This document shows positions 12,300 through 24,722 of a stretch of 64,000 bases of DNA, in pieces. A program made the translations under genes and the position numbers. Under the pieces are notes generated by a model, which did not search any database, was not told the origin of the DNA, and saw nothing but the letters and a program-made list of their open reading frames with translations. Source of the stretch: Octopus sinensis. Lineage: Eukaryota. The stretch is taken from assembly GCF_006345805.1 (NCBI RefSeq), contig NC_042997.1, positions 186,372,001 to 186,436,000 of the forward strand, read 5' to 3'. Numbering within the stretch: the stretch's first letter is position 1; every line of letters starts with the position of its first letter.

Positions 12300-12934
12300 A
12301 ACACCCTCCATCTCTTGCGTCTGGTCTTGCCGCAGCGAAGAGGCTTGCGTGTTCCGGAGATCCCAAAGGGTGTTACCATCTGAAGCTTTGCTCCTGGTAA
12401 GACCAACCTAGGCGAGCCGATCTTCCGAAGAGGTTCCAGACTAACGGTGACCCGCGACATGTCGACGCGTCGGTACATCAGCTTGTCGTCAAGATGGCAA
12501 CCCCAAAAGGCGGTGAGCTGGCGGAAACGTTTGCACACCGGGCGAAATGCTTAGCGGTATTTCGTCTGCCGCTACATTCTGAGTTCAAATTCCGCCGAGG
12601 TCGACTTTGCCTTTCATCCTTTCGGGGTCGATAAATTAATTACCAGTTACGCATTGGCATTGATGTAATCGACTTAATCCCTTTTTTCTGTCCTTGTTTG
12701 TCCCCTCTGTGCTTAGCCCCTTGTGGGCAATGAAGAAATAAGATGGCAACCCAATTATCCGACTATTTTACGGGGGCCAGCAAACCACCCAGAAAAATCC
12801 GCAACCTGTTACGACACCGACCGGAAGAAACGGGACTGCCCAACATCTGAACGGACCACAGGAAACCTCCGACCAATGAGAATTCAGAGGGACTCACATG
12901 GGACCGCTAATGGCTGTACATTCGATGACGCCTA

Positions 12935-12965
<31 letters not shown>

Positions 12966-12985
12966 AAGAAGAAGAAGAAGAGAAG
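12300..12985 (+). mobile_element. Short non-autonomous RTE-like retroelement (5' UTR-like part, 3' end, (AAG)n tail) interrupted by a SINE
   Basis: gtcttgccgcagcgaagaggcttgcgtgttcc...ctcctggtaagacc...ccagactaa resembles RTE (Expander/BovB-type) 5' UTRs from memory; ends gacgcctat-(aag)n. Confidence 0.5.
12508..12740 (+). mobile_element. SINE family C (tRNA-like head, Nin/Deu-like central domain) with TSD
   Basis: ggcggtgagctggc...gagttcaaattcc-gccgaggtcgactttgcctttcatcctttcggggtcgataaa. TSD aagatggcaaccc(c)aa at 12491-12506 and 12740-12754. Confidence 0.9.
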
Positions 12986-13000
12986 AAGAGAAGAAAGAAG

Positions 13001-13038
<38 letters not shown>

Positions 13039-13734
13039 CGACGACGACGACGACGACGGCGGCCGATGATGACAAGTGCTGTTATAGCTGTTTTCTTTAA
13101 TCTGGAATTTAAAAAAATGTTGATCGGTCAGCTTATTTAGATGTAGAGTTCTGATTTATACTGAACTTAGAATAATCTAGAAGAGATATAACTACCTCTC
13201 GTAAACAAAGTCTGAAAACTTCTGGAAAGCACCTCGTCTTCGTGCGCGCGCGCGCGTGTGTGTATGGGTGTGTGTGGTGTGTGTGCGTGCGTGCGTGCAT
13301 ATATACATACACATACGCATAAACGTATACTGACGGAATTCAGAAGAGTTAACGTAATCTCTTAAGCAGGAATTAAATCTGCAGCCCAGTCGATCATTAT
13401 ATATTCCCATCTACCAATTCTTACCTGTACACATGAGAGCTTTTAAGCGTTAGCTATCTAACAAATTAATATTGATTTCACCACGATTTTCCGAAGTCAA
13501 AAACCATTTGCTTGTTACAGAAATTAATAGGTCACAAGTGGTTTTTCGCATTTTATCGCTTCATCCCAGTCCACACAGTTACTAGCACATACACATTTAT
13601 TACGACTGCATCTCTAGTCCACAAAAAAAAAAGATATTCAGAGACATCTACAGCAATTTATCACAATACCACCATAAAAGCGATGACTTTTATTTCCTCC
13701 AGACAAATATGAAAAAAAATATAATGTATAAGCC

Positions 13735-14457
13735 TAGGTATGGCTGTCTAGTACTACGGTAAGAAGTTCGCTTCACAACCACACTGTTCCTGGTTCAGTC
13801 CCACTGCGTTATTCCTTAGGCAAGTGCCTCCTTCTATTTCCCGAGCTAATCAAGGCCATGTGAGTGGATTTAGTAGTCGGAAAATGAAAGACGCCCGTCA
13901 TATTTCTACATACAGTCACAGGTGTAGTTCTACGGTAAGAAGCTTGCATCCCAAATACACGGTTCCTGGTTCAGTCCCACTACGTGATTCCTTAAGCAAG
14001 TGTCTCCTACTTATCTCTCGAGCTGATCAAGGCCATGTGAGTGGATTTGGTAGTCGGAAAATGAAAGACGCCCGTCATATTTCTATATACAGGCGCAGGT
14101 GTATTTCTACGGTAAGAAGCTTGCTTTCCAATCACACGGTTCCTGGTTCAGTTCCACTTCATGATTCCTTAAGCAAGTGTCTCCTTCTCTCTCTCGAGCT
14201 GATCAAGGTCATGTGAGTGGATTTGGTAGTCGAAAAATGAAAGACGCCCGTCATATTTCTACATATAGGCGCAGGAGTAGTTCTACGCTAAGAAGCTTGC
14301 TTCCCAACAATATGGTTCCAGGTACAGACCCACGGCGTGGCAGTTTGGAGCAGTATCTTCTACTATAGCTTCCGGCCGACCAAAGAGTTCTGAGTAGATT
14401 TGGTAGACGGAAACTGAAAGATGCCCGTTGTATGTGTGTGTGTTTGTGTGCGTGTGC

Positions 14458-14500
<43 letters not shown>

Positions 14501-14730
14501 TGTGTGTGTATCATTGTGTCTGGGCTTGTCCCCATCACCGCTTGACGACTGGTGTTGGTGTGTTTACGTCCCCGTAACTTAACGGTTCGACAAAAGATAC
14601 TGATAGAATAAGTACTAGGCTTAAAAATAATAAGTCCTGGGGACGATTTACGCGACTAAGACCCTCCAAGGCGGTGCTCCAGCATGGTCGCAGTCAAATG
14701 ACTGAACCTAGTGACAGAATAAAAGAGTAC
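13735..14730 (+). mobile_element. SINE A with four tandem 5' halves (~177-bp period) and one 3' half
   Basis: Head motifs recur at ~13735, 13920, 14097 and 14274; (TG)n and the normal tail follow only the last. Confidence 0.88.
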
Positions 14731-14801
14731 ATATATATATATATATATATATATACACGCATATCCCTATACCTAACTCTGTGTGTGTGTGTGTGTGTGT
14801 G

Positions 14802-14834
<33 letters not shown>

Positions 14835-14843
<9 letters not shown>

Positions 14844-15035
14844 ACTACCGCTTCATAATCGCTGCTTGTTTGTTTACTTGATCGTAACTTAACGGTTCGG
14901 TGCAAGGAACCGATAGAATAAGTTCCAGGACTTAAAAATAAATAAGTCCAAGGGCCAATTCATTCGACTAAAACCCCTCAGTACAGTGCCCCAGTATGGC
15001 CGCAGTCCAGTGACTGAAACAAGTAAAAGATAAAA
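14835..15035 (+). mobile_element. SINE A 3' half
   Basis: cgtaacttaacggttcgg...gtgccccagtatggccgcagtccagtgactgaaacaagtaaaaga. Confidence 0.8.
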
Positions 15036-15190
15036 AAAAACACAAAAGGACACACAAATGTGAATGGGTGAAGTACAATTTGTTTCGATGATCACTTATA
15101 ATCGTGTGAGAGATGAGATTATTGGTTATAAAGTGGATAAGGATCAACAGCAAGGAAGAGGGTGCTGACTGATAATCTATGGTTATCATA

Positions 15191-15661
<471 letters not shown>

Positions 15662-15779
15662 ATAAATTATGATTAATAAGTTTGATTAACAACCACATGA
15701 GTATAGATTTAATTACACGCCATGACATTGTGATTTTACTTTAGCCTCTGATATATACACATTCTATGAAGAACATTGG

Positions 15780-15990
15780 GTAAACGGAATCGTTAGGTCG
15801 CCAAGCAAAATGCTTAGCGGCATTTCGTCCGTCCCTACCTTCTGAGTTCAAATGCTGCGGCGTTTGACTGTGCATTTCATCCTTTCGGGATCGATAATAT
15901 AAGTACCAGCTGAGTACTGGGGTCGATGTAATCGCCTTACCTTCTCCCCCTTAATTCCTGGACTTGTGCCAAAATTTGAAACCAATATCT
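15780..15990 (+). mobile_element. SINE C with an alternative tail
   Basis: gcttagcggcatttcgtcc...gagttcaaat...tttcatcctttcgggatcgata...cttgtgccaaaatttgaaacc. Confidence 0.8.
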
Positions 15991-16472
15991 TGACTTACTC
16001 CCTTACCACCGAAATTGCTGGCCTTGTGCCAAAATTTGGAACCGATATCTTGACTTACTCCCTTACCACCGAAATTGCTGGCCTTGTGCCAAAATTTGGA
16101 ACCGATATCTTGACTTACTCCCTTACCACCGAAATTGCTGGCCTTGTGCCAAAATTTGGAACCGATATCTTGACTTACTCCCTTACCACCGAAATTGCTG
16201 GCCTTGTGCCAAAATTTGGAACCGATATCTTGACTACTCCCTTACCACCGAAATTGCTGGCCTTGTGCCAAAATTTGGAACCGATATCTTGACTTACTCC
16301 CTTACCACCGAAATTGCTGGCCTTGTGCCAAAATTTGGAACCGATATCTTGACTTACTCCCTTACCACCGAAATTGCTGGCCTTGTGCCAAAATTTGGAA
16401 CCGATATCTTGACTTACTCCCTTACCACCGAAATTGCTGGCCTTGTGCCAAAATTTGGAACCGATATCTTGA
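15963..16472 (+). repeat. 60-bp tandem minisatellite, ~8.5 near-identical copies
   Basis: Unit cttgtgccaaaatttggaaccgatatcttgacttactcccttaccaccgaaattgctggc; one copy has a 1-bp deletion near 16235; no spacers. Confidence 0.97.
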
Positions 16473-16977
16473 GGTGGTGTTTGCTACTTCAGCGACCTAT
16501 GACACCCTTCCATGTTTTAAAAATAGCGCTAATTATTAAGGTGAGTTGTTAATTATAAGCAAAGTGCTTATAATTGGGTTTCTATTGGTGAGAACATTGT
16601 TTTGGCGCGTGTCACTAGAAAAACATGACGTCTAATGACGTCACTAGACATACTGAATCTCTAATCGAATAGTCACTCTAGAGCTGGTTTGAATTTGAAT
16701 CTAGTTGTTATACTGTAGGTTTCAACTTCTATCACGTTGTTGTTTTCTTCTAGTTGTACAGGTAGTGTTAACCTGGGACAAAGGAACTTAAATATGGTCA
16801 CGGGAAGATGTACTGCATGGACTACGTACGATTAAAAAAAAAGAAAATTACGATTCACTGAGATTTTTTTTTTCTACTGAAAAAAGTGAAAACACATAAG
16901 CGTCGTTCGAAAATCAAGGGAGATAATTTCAAGAAATTAAGAGTTCGTAGTGGTGGTGGCGGCGGTAGCGGCGATAG

Positions 16978-17032
<55 letters not shown>

Positions 17033-17187
17033 GGTGGTGGTGATGATGAAGACTACAATAATGTAGGTGAAGATGAAGATGATGGTGGTGGTGGTGGTGG
17101 TGGTGACAGTGGCGGCGGCGAGGAGGAGGAGGAGAAGGAGGAGAAGGAGAAGAAGGAAATTAAGAGTTCGTAGTGGTGTGGTGGCAG

Positions 17188-17229
<42 letters not shown>

Positions 17230-17547
17230 CGATGATAATGATGATGATGTTCCATTCATACTGAATTAAGAGGGGAAAAACAAGGGAGAAATAAAGATAG
17301 TAAAAAAGAAAAGGATTTGGTTTACAGTTTCTCTGATCCTCTTTCCTTCGTGTGAAGGAACTTTCGGTTGTAACGGTGTGTTTTGGAATCCGGTGTATTT
17401 ATAATTTTTTTTCCGCGAATGGATCTGATTTTTGATTCGTTTGGCTTTCGTAGATACGAAACTTTTGGTAACTCTATGACCAGAATTTAACTTTTTTTTA
17501 AAAATAATTACTGCTCTTTTCTTGTGAGTGAGCTTCTTTTCTGATAT

Positions 17548-17655
17548 ATATGACGGGATTCTTTCAGTTTCCGTCTACCGTGGTGCCACACAGTGGGACT
17601 GAACCTGGAACTATGTGGTTGGGAAGCAAGCTTTTTGCCACACAACCACGCTTGT
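17548..17655 (-). mobile_element. Internally deleted SINE A head
   Basis: gacggg...tttcagtttccgtctacc joined directly to gtggtgccacacagtgggactgaacc. Confidence 0.75.
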
Positions 17656-17817
17656 GTCTATATATATATATATGCATGTATGTATGTATGTATGTATGTA
17701 TTGTATGTATGTATGTATGTATGTATGTATGTATGTATGTATAGTATGCATGTATGTATGTGTATGTGTAAGTATGTGTGTATATATATATGTATGTATG
17801 TCCGGTGCCTACATATA

Positions 17818-17866
<49 letters not shown>

Positions 17867-17877
17867 TATATATATAT

Positions 17878-18467
17878 GAGGGCCACTTGTCCTAAGCCAC
17901 TTTGACTATTGCTCTCAGTTATGTCACCAGCCAGTGTCAAATTAATCTCAGAATATAAGCTATTGGGAAAAACTCAAGAGATTAAGACTCTATTCCTTAG
18001 AGCGTAGGCGAGAAAGATATGCCATAATATACATCTGGAAGATCCTTGAAAGACTTGTCCCGAACTTTGGCATCGAGAGTTACACAAATTCTAGAACTGG
18101 GCGCCACTGCGTAGTGCCAAGGACTCCAAATTTACCATCAAGATGTAGGACAAGATACAGTGATAGCCTGGGCTTCAGAGGTCCACAGCTCTTCAATATC
18201 CTCCCGAAGGACCTGAGAGACCTGCATGGCGTGGATGCAGATGTCTTCAAAATAAAGCTGGACCTCTTCCTGTCAGGTGTCCCAGATGAACCAACTTCAC
18301 GGCAGGTGTAGATGAGGGCAGCTGCATCAAACTCTCTCGTGCACCAAATGTCAATTGCCAAAAAATATTCGTGAAGTAAAATCATCTAGCAACACCAAAT
18401 GGCAGTGCCCCAGCATGGCCACAGGTCGTGAGCCGAAACTAGATGAAATGAAATGAAAAAATGAAAT
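17878..18467 (+). mobile_element. 5'-truncated CR1/L2-group LINE: ORF2 C-terminus, 3' UTR and (GAAAT)n tail
   Basis: [12 protein letters not shown]..., RLRLYSLERRRERYAIIYIWKIL, GPQLFNILPKDLR...FKIKLDLFLSGVPDEP; tail atgaaatgaaatgaa. Confidence 0.88.
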
Positions 18468-19381
18468 ATATATATATATATATGTATGTATGTATGTATG
18501 TATTTATTATGTATGCAACTTTATAGATAGATAGAGAGAGAGAGAGATTCGTGTACGCATGCAAATGTATATGTGATATATGTGCATATGTGTGTGTGAG
18601 TGAGTGTGTGTGTTGGCGTGTGTGTGTGCATGTGTGTGTAATTTTATTTCATTTTAGTTGTTTACTTAAATTTCTTTTTTTCCTTTGTTATTTTTTTGTT
18701 ATTTACTTTCTTAGTTTTGCTTTGGAAGTCTAATCAATATTTGTGAACAGATAAAAATTGATTATAAGCTGATCACTTAGTGTGTGCTACATCTACGCTT
18801 CTCGGCTTACTGTCAAAACATTCATCGCCCATCAACGATCATGCAAACTTCTAGAAAAACTACAGGGATTTACTTAGCCTTCTTCGTCATGCAATCCTGT
18901 AGACTATATTTAGTTTTTCCCTTCAGTTTCAGCTTCCACAATCTCTCTCAGTCCAGTGTATAAAGCAAAGATAAATGGATTTTTATTTCTAGCAGGCGCT
19001 CAACATTCTAGAATCTTTTCTTCAGTTATGTGTTGTATGTGTTGTTATTTGTAAGCGTGTATGCAAGTGTTTATGATTGCACGCATTTACGTTTGAAAAT
19101 TCGTTCTCGAATATAAGTTCATATGAGTATATATATATATATATAAATGTATATATGTGTATATATATATATATAAAAATGTATATATATGTATATATAT
19201 ATATACATAGATTATATATATATAGAGAGAGAGAGAGTGAGAGAGAGATAGAGACACTTACATATATAAATATATATATATATATGAATATGTATATATG
19301 AATATATATATATATGAATATGTATATATGAATATATATATATTATATATATATATATGTATATACATATACATAAATATT

Positions 19382-19439
<58 letters not shown>

Positions 19440-20371
19440 GAATATGCAAATATGAATGTATATATATATCAGCATACACTCACCTACATATAAAAAATAT
19501 AACAATATTTGTATGCATCATGTGTGTGTATGTGTTTGTGTGGGTGTGTGTATACTTGTGTGTGTGTGTGGTTATACATATGTATATGCGTATATATGAA
19601 TATATTTACATGCGAGTGTATACTCGAGGTAATATGTAGAGAAAGAAAGAAAGCGAGTAATAAAAGACGCCTTGTTGATGCAATTCACTTAGACATTTTC
19701 TTCTTTCTAAACAAGGTTTTAAGATCCAAAATGAAAGTGCTGTACAAGGGAAACAAAGAAACAAAATGGTGAACAATGGAAGGCAGATTTGAAGAGATAA
19801 AAAGAAAAGGAAATGTTAAAAGAAAGAAGTAAATACGGAAAGAAAAATATAATCGCAATACGATAAGCGTAATGCTTTCTTTCATATAGCCAGAAGAGCG
19901 ATGGATGAAGAGTTATTACACTGAGAGATTATAAAAAGTGTGGTATTTTATATGGAAGTTGAATGAAGAATGACAGTACACGACGTATACATATATATGC
20001 GGAAACCTCAAGGGAAGACTCGCTAGTAAGGGGTCAATCAAGGAAGGACCATGGGTCTAGGATTATCCTGATTTATAAAAAAGTATCATCTCCCCCTTGT
20101 GCTCTCTGGCTTTGAGTTGCTTGCTGACAGTATATAGTGATGTGATGTACTGCGATTACGATTTTCTTCCACTCTTCAAGAAATTTACTTGAAGACAGTC
20201 CCTGTTTCACCATTCTCAACTCCTCTTCCGAGTGGAATATGAAAGAAGTTGATCGAGGCTTAGTGAGGAAGGAAAGAACCTGTCATCATAGAAATAAAAC
20301 CGTTTACTCATGTGATTTAACGTGTCTGTGTGTTTGTGTAGGCATAGATAAGTGTGTATAATATTTGTTTT

Positions 20372-20460
20372 TATGTGCTACTACTAATTTCATGTGCTGA
20401 GAGTATGCCAGGTAATATTTTTTAACATGTCTGGTGTCCTAGCACAATCATCAGGCACTA
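20372..20460 (-). ncRNA. Type I hammerhead (left arm of an inverted repeat)
   Basis: Minus: gtgc-CTGATGA-t-tgtgct...agcaca-t-GAAAT-TAGTA-GTA-gcac. Confidence 0.65.
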
Positions 20461-20516
20461 CACACATGGTACAACTACATTTTTAGTCTATTTTTAGTTC
20501 GTTATGCCATGTGGGT

Positions 20517-20604
20517 TGTGCCTGATGATTGTGTTAGGACACCAGTCGTGTTAAAAAAATTACTGTTTGGCATGCTCTCAGCACATGAAACTAATAGTAG
20601 CACG
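20517..20604 (+). ncRNA. Type I hammerhead with long stem II (right arm of an inverted repeat)
   Basis: Stem I GTGC/GCAC; CTGATGA 20522-20528; stem II TGTGTT/AGCACA; GAAAC 20587-20591; stem III ACTA-A-TAGT; GTA triplet 20597-20599. Confidence 0.75.
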
Positions 20605-20899
20605 TGGAAACATATATTGGGTTTATAAAACAATAGTTATCTCTCAGCTGATGGAGTCCTTTTTATGTTAATCTCGCCATTACGGAACAGTACAGTACAC
20701 TATGTGTGTGAGTGCATGTATGTACATACGTATGCATGTAAGTATGTATGTATGCATGCATGTATGTATGTATGTATGTATGTATGTATGTATGTATGTA
20801 TGTATGTATGTATGTATGTATGTACCCATACATATAGATTTACAAGCACTTACTACGTAGCTCATATTACGAGTAATTTCAAGATCCTTTAAAACCAAA

Positions 20900-21445
20900 C
20901 AAGTAGATTTTCTTCCTTTCCGTCAGACTTCACTTATCTGTAGATCTAGTTTCCTCGTTTGTGTGGCCTCGTGTACAAGTCGGCAAAGTCCAGGTAAAGT
21001 TAGCTCAACCACTCTGTGCACATTTTGAGTGTGCCACGTGTATAAGCCAGTCAAGTCTGGTGAAAATATACTCTACTAACTTTTGTGATACTAATGAACT
21101 TTGAAAATGATAGTAACTTGAGTTAAATATCCTGAATTTCTAAAAATATATAAATTTATTCTATACTCGCTATATTTGGTGCTTTTCATATGAAACTTGT
21201 TTGATCATTATGAGTGCTTCTTTATTGATACATACTATTTCTGGTTTGGGTCATTTAGTCTTCCCTCGGTTCTTCTTTTCTTTCATTAACATGGTCCTTC
21301 TGATTTTGTTTGTGCGTATGTGTGTGATTTTATGATTCTTTTTGTGTTTTTGTGTTTACTTTACGACTTCTGCCCAATTTAGTCGAATACATTGATGTAC
21401 GGGATTTCCTAATGATACGAAACATTTATAGCTATTATTGTTTGA
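20900..21445 (+). pseudogene. Possible decayed Penelope-like GIY-YIG 3' region
   Basis: Frameshifted ...CGLVY/VGK... (cf. CxxxYIG) and a downstream degenerate core cCTAATGA-tac-GAAAC at ~21408-21423. Confidence 0.3.
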
Positions 21446-22022
21446 ATCCAAGCGAATCTTGATTGAGCAAACCTATGACAAAAGCATTCTAGCTGAGGTC
21501 ATCTGTCCTTTATGTATATCAGAGACAACATCCTTTAATGTATCCTTCCTTTATTAAACCGGTACAGTATTTTATGAGGAAGCATTAGATGCTATAACTA
21601 GCAATCCGTGAAATGTCTTCTTTTATTGTTGCTTAACCCTAGGTTAGCCTTGAACGAACAACCATAATTTCTTTTTAAGAATTAGCGACATTTTATTACG
21701 TGTCAGCTTTTTCTGAAGTAGTAGTGTGTGTAATTTCAGAGAGGTATATTGTCAGTTGGGGGTAATTCTGGTTTTCATAATTTATAACCGTTGTTGCTAT
21801 TGGCTATTAGCACGTAAATAAATACATACACGCATAAATATACTAAGATGTATGCATAAATACATTAGTATACACAGTACTTTATACCAAAAATTAGAAA
21901 TGATATAGAAAATATTCATCTAGAAATCCGCACTAGCTTCAACTGATTAAAAATTAGTTATTGCCTTTAGATGTAAATAGTAACCTCATAATATACGGAG
22001 ACTTCTCTATCAATCTATCAGG

Positions 22023-22098
<76 letters not shown>

Positions 22099-22319
22099 TT
22101 ATTTATTTATTTATCTATCTATCAATATATATATGTATGTGTGTGTGTGTGCGTGTGTGTGTGTGTGTATGTATGTATATATATACAGTGTTCATTAAAA
22201 GACATAAGAGGCATCCATCATAGGACTCCTTGCACGCTAGAAAGAACAGTTAAATTCCAAACCACTATTAGGGATAAAACTTCGAAGGAAATGAAAAATA
22301 AAAACTTTTACCATCTAAC

Positions 22320-22388
22320 CCTGGACCATGGTTTCAGACTTATTTTAGCAAATAAAATAATTAGATAGGCGAAGTCTTCTTCAGCAGA
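22320..22388 (-). ncRNA. Canonical type I hammerhead ribozyme within a ~370-bp insert (22186-22555)
   Basis: Minus: TCTG-CTGAAGA-AGACTT-[30 nt]-AAGTCT-GAAAC-CATG-GTC-CAGG. Three stems pair; GUC cleavage predicted between 22324 and 22323. Confidence 0.85.
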
Positions 22389-22596
22389 TACACCTAGATT
22401 AAACACATATGCATGAGGCAATCCAGTATATGCCCCGTGCTTATACATTCTAATTTTTCAAATCTACTGCGCAAGCACAGCTCCTTGTCGGCAGTAAATA
22501 AAAACGCCGGCCTTTCAATTTGAAAATTATCCAGAAAAATTAACAATAATTAATAATTAATAATATTATTAATTATATATATATATATTATATATA

Positions 22597-22669
<73 letters not shown>

Positions 22670-23279
22670 GCCTGTCTATTTATCAACCTCCTATCTATCT
22701 ATCTGTCTATCTATCTATCAATTTACCTCTGGAAGGACAGACAACATCTTTTGTCGTTGGATATAATGTAACTGCGCATATATACGGCAAAAATAAAATC
22801 CAGTATCTTTTGTTAGACTTCTGCATAAAATTGTCGTTTATCAAACGCTAATAACTAACCAGCATAGATCAAGTCATCTCATAGAAGATGCAGAATGTCA
22901 TCTTCAACGCAAAAGATATGACGCTAATCTTAACTACTGGCATTGATCATATTATCGTCAGATGTTGCACATTACAATTGTGCTTTATCTGTAGCTGTAC
23001 TTCCAAACAAGCAGAAGAACAATTCTTCTTAAAGATGCGAATATAGTAAATGTGTTGCGTGCCAGTAACTGTGTGGGCTGGGATGAAGCGATAAAATGTG
23101 AATACCACTTGTAACCTATTAATTTCTGCAAACAAGCAAATGTTTTTTGACTTTGGAAAATCGTGGTGAAACCAATTTTAATTTGTTATATTGGTACGTT
23201 TGAAAGCTCTCATGTGTACAGCTAAGGATTGAGAATATAAAATGCTGCAGATTTAATTCCATTGAAATACTAAGCTACT

Positions 23280-24285
23280 TCATTTCTCCAAATCAACAGA
23301 AAAGCAATTGGAATCATTTTCCACAAACAACTGCATAGCTATCTACTAAACAACTAACCCATCCCCAAAAAGCAGTTCAGCTTCCAATCGAAGCTTAGTA
23401 CAACAGATAATCTGAATACATTCTCCTAGACCTGAATCTTGATGTAGAGTAGGAAGTATATGTAAAACTCTTGAACATCAAAAGAGCTTTTGATCTACTT
23501 TGTCACAACGGACTCTATCTTTGCTAAGGTTGAATCCTATAGAAAGTGTGCGAAACTGCTGAGGTGGCTTTTAAGATATCTTACCTGAAATTGTCATTCT
23601 TTCAGGTTGCAACTTTGATCTGCGCCCATCATTGCATCAGTCCTACATGGATCAATTCTTTGACCAGTTCTGTTCTCAGTTTTCATGAATGGTCAACTCC
23701 TGTGAAGTTGAGATGGACCTATATGCTAACGACTGCACGCTGTTTGCACCATTGAGCCTGACAAAAAAAGCAATGAAGCAACCGCTAACTTAAGCAGAAA
23801 CCTTGCCAAGACAAAAAGCTTGAGTAGAGGATTGGAAAGCAACATATGGGTCATCAAATTATTCTATCGAGGAAAAGGAGCCGATCAGAGCACTTTTGTG
23901 AAATGCAGGTTGCCAATGAAAAAATAGTTTTAGACGTCATATTGGAGAGACATCGATCTTCGGTAATAGGATTGGGGCACTACAAAACTGCAGGCAGATT
24001 GGACAAAGAAAGAACTGTTGCTTGAGAAATTCCACTTCAAAGTATTCCAGGAATAATGGACAAATACTTATCAAACTAAAAATACTACTTAAAATTATAC
24101 TCGTACACCAAAACAAAAAGAACTGTTCATAAATATTGGAGCTACAGGAACTAATCTTGTGGGAAAATTTATTATTAGCACAGTTGTCATATTGTCACAA
24201 TAGAGTGCTTCAAAATGCATTCAGCTGCAACCCGGCAGAACTCAGAACAATACTACTGCGGGGGCTTGAAAGTCATCATTTTACA
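23280..24285 (+). pseudogene. Decayed non-LTR retrotransposon RT (Jockey/I-like, tentative)
   Basis: KQFSFQSKLSTTDNL, LNIKRAFDLLCHNGL, HGSIL*PVLFSVFMN and LYANDC in RT motif order. Confidence 0.7.
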
Positions 24286-24287
24286 AG

Positions 24288-24722
24288 GCCAAGATCCACA
24301 TACTCAACGCCAAGATACACATACTCAACGCCAAGATCCACATACTCAATGCCAAGATACACATACTCAACGCCAAGATCCACATACTCAACGCCAATAT
24401 ACACATACTCAACGCCAAGATCCACATACTCAACGTCAAGATCCACATACTCAACGCCAAGATCCACATACTCAACGCCAATATACACATACTCAACGCC
24501 AATATACACATACTCAACGCCAAGATCCACATACTCAAAGCCAAGATACACATACTCAACGTCAAGATACACATACTCAACTCCAGGATGCACATACTCA
24601 ACGCGAAAATACACATACTCAACGCCAAGATGCACATACTCAACGCCAAGATACACATACTCAACGCCAAGATACACATACTCAACACCGGGATCCACTC
24701 ACTAGACGCCAGGACGCATGCA
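24288..24722 (+). repeat. 21-bp minisatellite, ~20 copies
   Basis: Unit gccaagat(c/a)cacatactcaac, decaying toward the right end. Confidence 0.95.

Noticed and set aside
15963-16472. CRISPR-like regular repeat
   Set aside because: Units are contiguous and near-identical with no unique spacers; eukaryotic context and no cas genes.
16886-17264. Acidic/Gly-rich ORFs
   Set aside because: (GAT)n/(GGT)n microsatellites within a small local duplication (aaattaagagttcgtagtggtg twice).
18970-19030. CTGAAGA...GAAAT...ATC on the minus strand
   Set aside because: Stems I and II do not form.
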